DNA of 64,000 bases from Haliotis rubra. Taxonomy: Eukaryota. The notes below the pieces were generated by a model. That model had not been told where the DNA came from and searched no databases. It was given only the letters and a program-made list of their open reading frames with translations. Position numbers and translations under genes: made by a program. The DNA lies in the NCBI RefSeq assembly GCF_003918875.1, contig NW_025767247.1, positions 372,001 through 436,000 on the forward strand. Reading direction: 5' to 3'. Positions 60,501 through 64,000 of the stretch are shown in pieces; the stretch's first letter is position 1; each line of letters begins with the position of its first letter.

Positions 60501-63490
60501 GAGATAAATCTGCTCTCTGTCGTCTCAAAGGTGAAGCTGGTAGTTAAGATAAAGCTGCTCTCTGTCACCTACGAGACGATGCTGATAGTTGAAATAAAGC
60601 TGCTTCCTGTCGTTTGAGGTGAAGCTGGTAGTTGAGATAAAGCTGCTCTCTTTCACGTACGAGACGATGCTGGTGGTTGAGATAAAGCTGCTCTCTGCTA
60701 TGTTCGAGACGAAGCTGATAGTTGAAATAAATCTCCTCTCTGTCATCTTCGAGACGATGCTGATAGTTAAGATAAAGCTGCTCTCTGTCGTCTCAGAGAC
60801 GAAGCTTGTAGTTGAGATAAAGCTGCTCTTTGTCACCTCCGAGGCGATGCTGATAGTTGAGATAAAGCTGCTCGCTGTCACCACCGAGACGATGCCGATA
60901 GTTAAGATAAAGCTGCTCTCCGTCGTCTCAGAGGTGAAGCTGGTAGTTGAGATAAAGCTGCTCTCTGTCATCTCAGAGGAGAAGCTGGTAGTTGAGATAA
61001 AGCTCATCTCTGTTGTGTCGGAGGTGAGGCTGATAGTTGAGATAAAGCTGCTCTCTGTGGTCTCAGAGGTGAAGCTGGTAGTGAAGATAAAGTTGCTCTC
61101 TGTCGTCTCAGAGGTGAAGCTGGTAGTGAAGATAAAGCTGCTCTCCGTTGTCTCAGAGGTGAAGCTGGTAGTTGAGATAGAGCTGCTTTTTGTCGTCTCA
61201 GAGGTGAAGCTGGTACTTGATATAAAGATGCTCTCTGTTGTGTCGGAAGTGAAGCTGGTACTTGAGAGAAAGCTACTCTCTGTCACCTCCGAGACGATGC
61301 CGATAGTTAAGATAAAGCTGCTCTTTGTCGTCTCAGAGGTGAAGCTGGTAGTTGAGATAAAGCTGCTCTCTGTCATCTCAGAGGAGAAGCTGGTAGTTGA
61401 GATAAAGCTCATCTCTGTTGTGTCGGAGGTGAGGCTGATAGTTGAGATAAAGCTGCTCTCTGTGGTCTCAGAGGTGAAGCTGGTAGTGAAGATAAAGTTG
61501 CTCTCTGTCGTCTCAGAGGTGAAGCTGGTAGTGAAGATAAAGCTGCTCTCCGTTGTCTCAGAGGTGAAGCTGGTAGTTGAGATAGAGCTTCTCTTTGTCG
61601 TCTCAGAGGTGAAGCTGGTAGTTTAGATAATGCTGCTCTTTGTCGTCTCAGAGGTGAAGCTGGTAGTTGAGATAAAGCTGCTCTTTGTCGTCTTAGAGGT
61701 GTAGCTTGTAGTTGAGATAAAGCTGCTCTCTGTTGTGTCGGATTTTAAGCTGGTACTTGAGAGAAAGCTGCTCTCTGTCACCTCCGAGACGATGCTGATA
61801 TATGAAATATAGGTTCCCTCTGTCTTCTTCAAAACGATTCTGATAGTTGATAAAGCCTCTCTCTCTCACCTCCGAGACGATGCTGAAGGTTGAGTTAACA
61901 CTGCTCCCTGTTGTCTCAGAGGAGAAGCTGGTAGTTGAGATAAAGCTCCTCTCTGTTGTGTCGGAGGTGAAGCTGGTAGTTGAGATAATTCTCCTCTCTG
62001 TTGTCTCAGAGGTGAAGCTGGTAGTTTAGATAGAGCTGCTTTTTGTCGTCTCAGAGGTGAAGCTGGTACTTGATATAAATATGCTCTCTGTTGTGTCGGA
62101 GGTGAAGCTGGTACTTGAGAGAAAGCTGCTCTCTGTCACCTCCGAGACGATACTGACAGTTGAGATAAAGCTGCTTCCTGTCGGCTCAGGTGAAGCTGGT
62201 AGTTGAGATAAAGCTGCTATCTTTCACGTACGAGACGATACTGGTAGTTGAGATAAAGCTGCTGTCTGTCACCTTCGAGACGGTGCTGATAGTTAAGATA
62301 AAGCTGTTCTCTGTCATCTTTGAGACGATGCTGATAGTTGAGATAAATCTGCTCTCTGTCGTCTCAAAGGTGAAGCTGGTAGTTAAGATAAAGCTGCTCT
62401 CTGTCACCTACGAGACGATGCTGATAGTTGAAATAAAGCTGCTTCCTGTCGTTTGAGGTGAAGCTGGTAGTTGAGATAAAGCTGCTCTCTTTCACGTACG
62501 AGACGATGCTGGTGGTTGAGATAAAGCTGCTCTCTGCTATGTTCGAGACGAAGCTGATAGTTGAAATAAATCTCCTCTCTGTCATCTTCGAGACGATGCT
62601 GATAGTTAAGATAAAGCTGCTCTCTGTCGTCTCAGAGACGAAGCTTGTAGTTGAGATAAAGCTGCTCTTTGTCACCTCCGAGGCGATGCTGATAGTTGAG
62701 ATAAAGCTGCTCGCTGTCCCCACCGAGACGATGCCGATAGTTAAGATAAAGCTGCTCTCCGTCGTCTCAGAGGTGAAGCTGGTAGTTGAGATAAAGCTGC
62801 TCTCTGTCATCTCAGAGGAGAAGCTGGTAGTTGAGATAAAGCTCATCTCTGTTGTGTCGGAGGTGAGGCTGATAGTTGAGATAAAGCTGCTCTCTGTGGT
62901 CTCAGAGGTGAAGCTGGTAGTGAAGATAAAGTTGCTCTCTGTCGTCTCAGAGGTGAAGCTGGTAGTGAAGATAAAGCTGCTCTCCGTTGTCTCGGAGGTG
63001 AAGCTGGTAGTTGAGATAGAGCTGCTTTTTGTCGTCTCAGAGGTGAAGCTGGTACTTGATATAAAGATGCTCTCTGTTGTGTCGGAAGTGAAGCTGGTAC
63101 TTGAGAGAAAGCTACTCTCTGTCACCTCCGAGACGATGCTGATAGTTGAGATAAAGCTGCTCTCCGTTGTCTCAGAGGTTACGTTGGTTGTTGAGATAAA
63201 GCTGCTCTCTGTCCTCTCAGAGGTGAAGCTGGTACTTGATATAAAGATGCTCTCTGTTCTATCAGAGGTGATGCTGGTAGTTGAGATAAAGCTGTTCTCT
63301 GTCACCTCAGAGACGATGCTGATAGTTGAGATAAAGCTGCTCTCTGTCGTCTTAGAGTTGAAGCTGATAGTTGAGATAAAGCTGCTCTCCGTTGTCTCCG
63401 AATCGAAGCTGATAGTTGAGATAAAAGTGGTCTTTGCCGTCTCCTGGGTGAAACTGACAGTTGAGATAAAGCTGCCCTCTGTTGTCGCAG
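54594..63490. repeat. 45-bp satellite (about 200 units) with 1.4-1.8-kb higher-order duplications; minus strand reads as Ser/Thr-rich repeats
   Basis: Unit gtctcagaggtgaagctggtagttgagataaagctgctctctgtc; the same blocks recur at 58352, 59786 and 61623. Confidence 0.95.
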
Positions 63491-64000
63491 GATGTGATGA
63501 CAGGATTTGGTGAAGCTCTTTCTACCTTCAGTCGGGGATAACCTGGAATCTCTTCGTTTGGGTATTACTACCACCAATGTATTTTCCAACTTTATACCTA
63601 CGCTGGGAAATGAACGTTTCCGACAGCAGCCAAATGACCAGCGGGTGTTTCATGTCACGTACTGGATGCGTTGATATCCCATCCAAACTTGTTATAAAAC
63701 TTACTTCTGTATTTCACAAATATAATGAATGACATATATCATTACAACAACCTAAATTATACATTATGTCAGCTTTGAGAAATACCTCAAAGGTCACATG
63801 CAACGTAAAACACAACTTTGCAGATTCTGATACCTTTCGGTATGGACTTACAGATACAAATCATCAAAAATGCAAATTCAACTTACAAAGTTGAAAAATA
63901 ACGCGATGAAAAAACCCCGCGTGTTCAAATGATTCACTAAATTCACCCCACCTTGGGGTGAAAATTGGTTTCAACAGCTGTGCTGCGCTGCGCCGAGCTG

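Noticed and set aside
63785-64000. Possible DNA-transposon terminus (aaaggtcacatgcaacg)
   Set aside because: The partner end lies outside the window and cannot be confirmed

Overview
Eukaryotic animal genomic DNA, probably a gastropod mollusc such as abalone (inferred from SINE type and gene content; not verified). Roughly two-thirds is tandem repeat, and most ORFs in the supplied track are translations of those repeats. Three genes were reconstructed by hand with consistent splice phases. (1) A 520-aa secreted Met/Gly/Pro/Gln-rich repeat protein on + (coding exons 13736-13823, 16729-17862, 18200-18308, 18788-19019) with a signal peptide and an RVKR furin-type site. (2) A single-coding-exon GT14 core-2/I-branching beta-1,6-GlcNAc transferase on - (25486-26757). 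(3) A six-exon, 265-aa S1A serine protease on + (41350-54497) with an elastase-type pocket and an unusual His-IVGG activation site. Mobile elements include three L1/Tx1-type LINE remnants, two CR1/L2-type 3' fragments, a Tc1 element, a FLYWCH-MULE, tRNA-derived SINEs, a probable MITE, and two fold-back insertions carrying Penelope-type minimal hammerhead motifs. Notable structure: arrays of consensus splice donors, a minisatellite that arose inside a LINE from a 7-bp microhomology, and retro-insertions whose 3' tails match the host minisatellite. Some blocks (notably 37.1-39.4 kb) look like low-quality consensus sequence.
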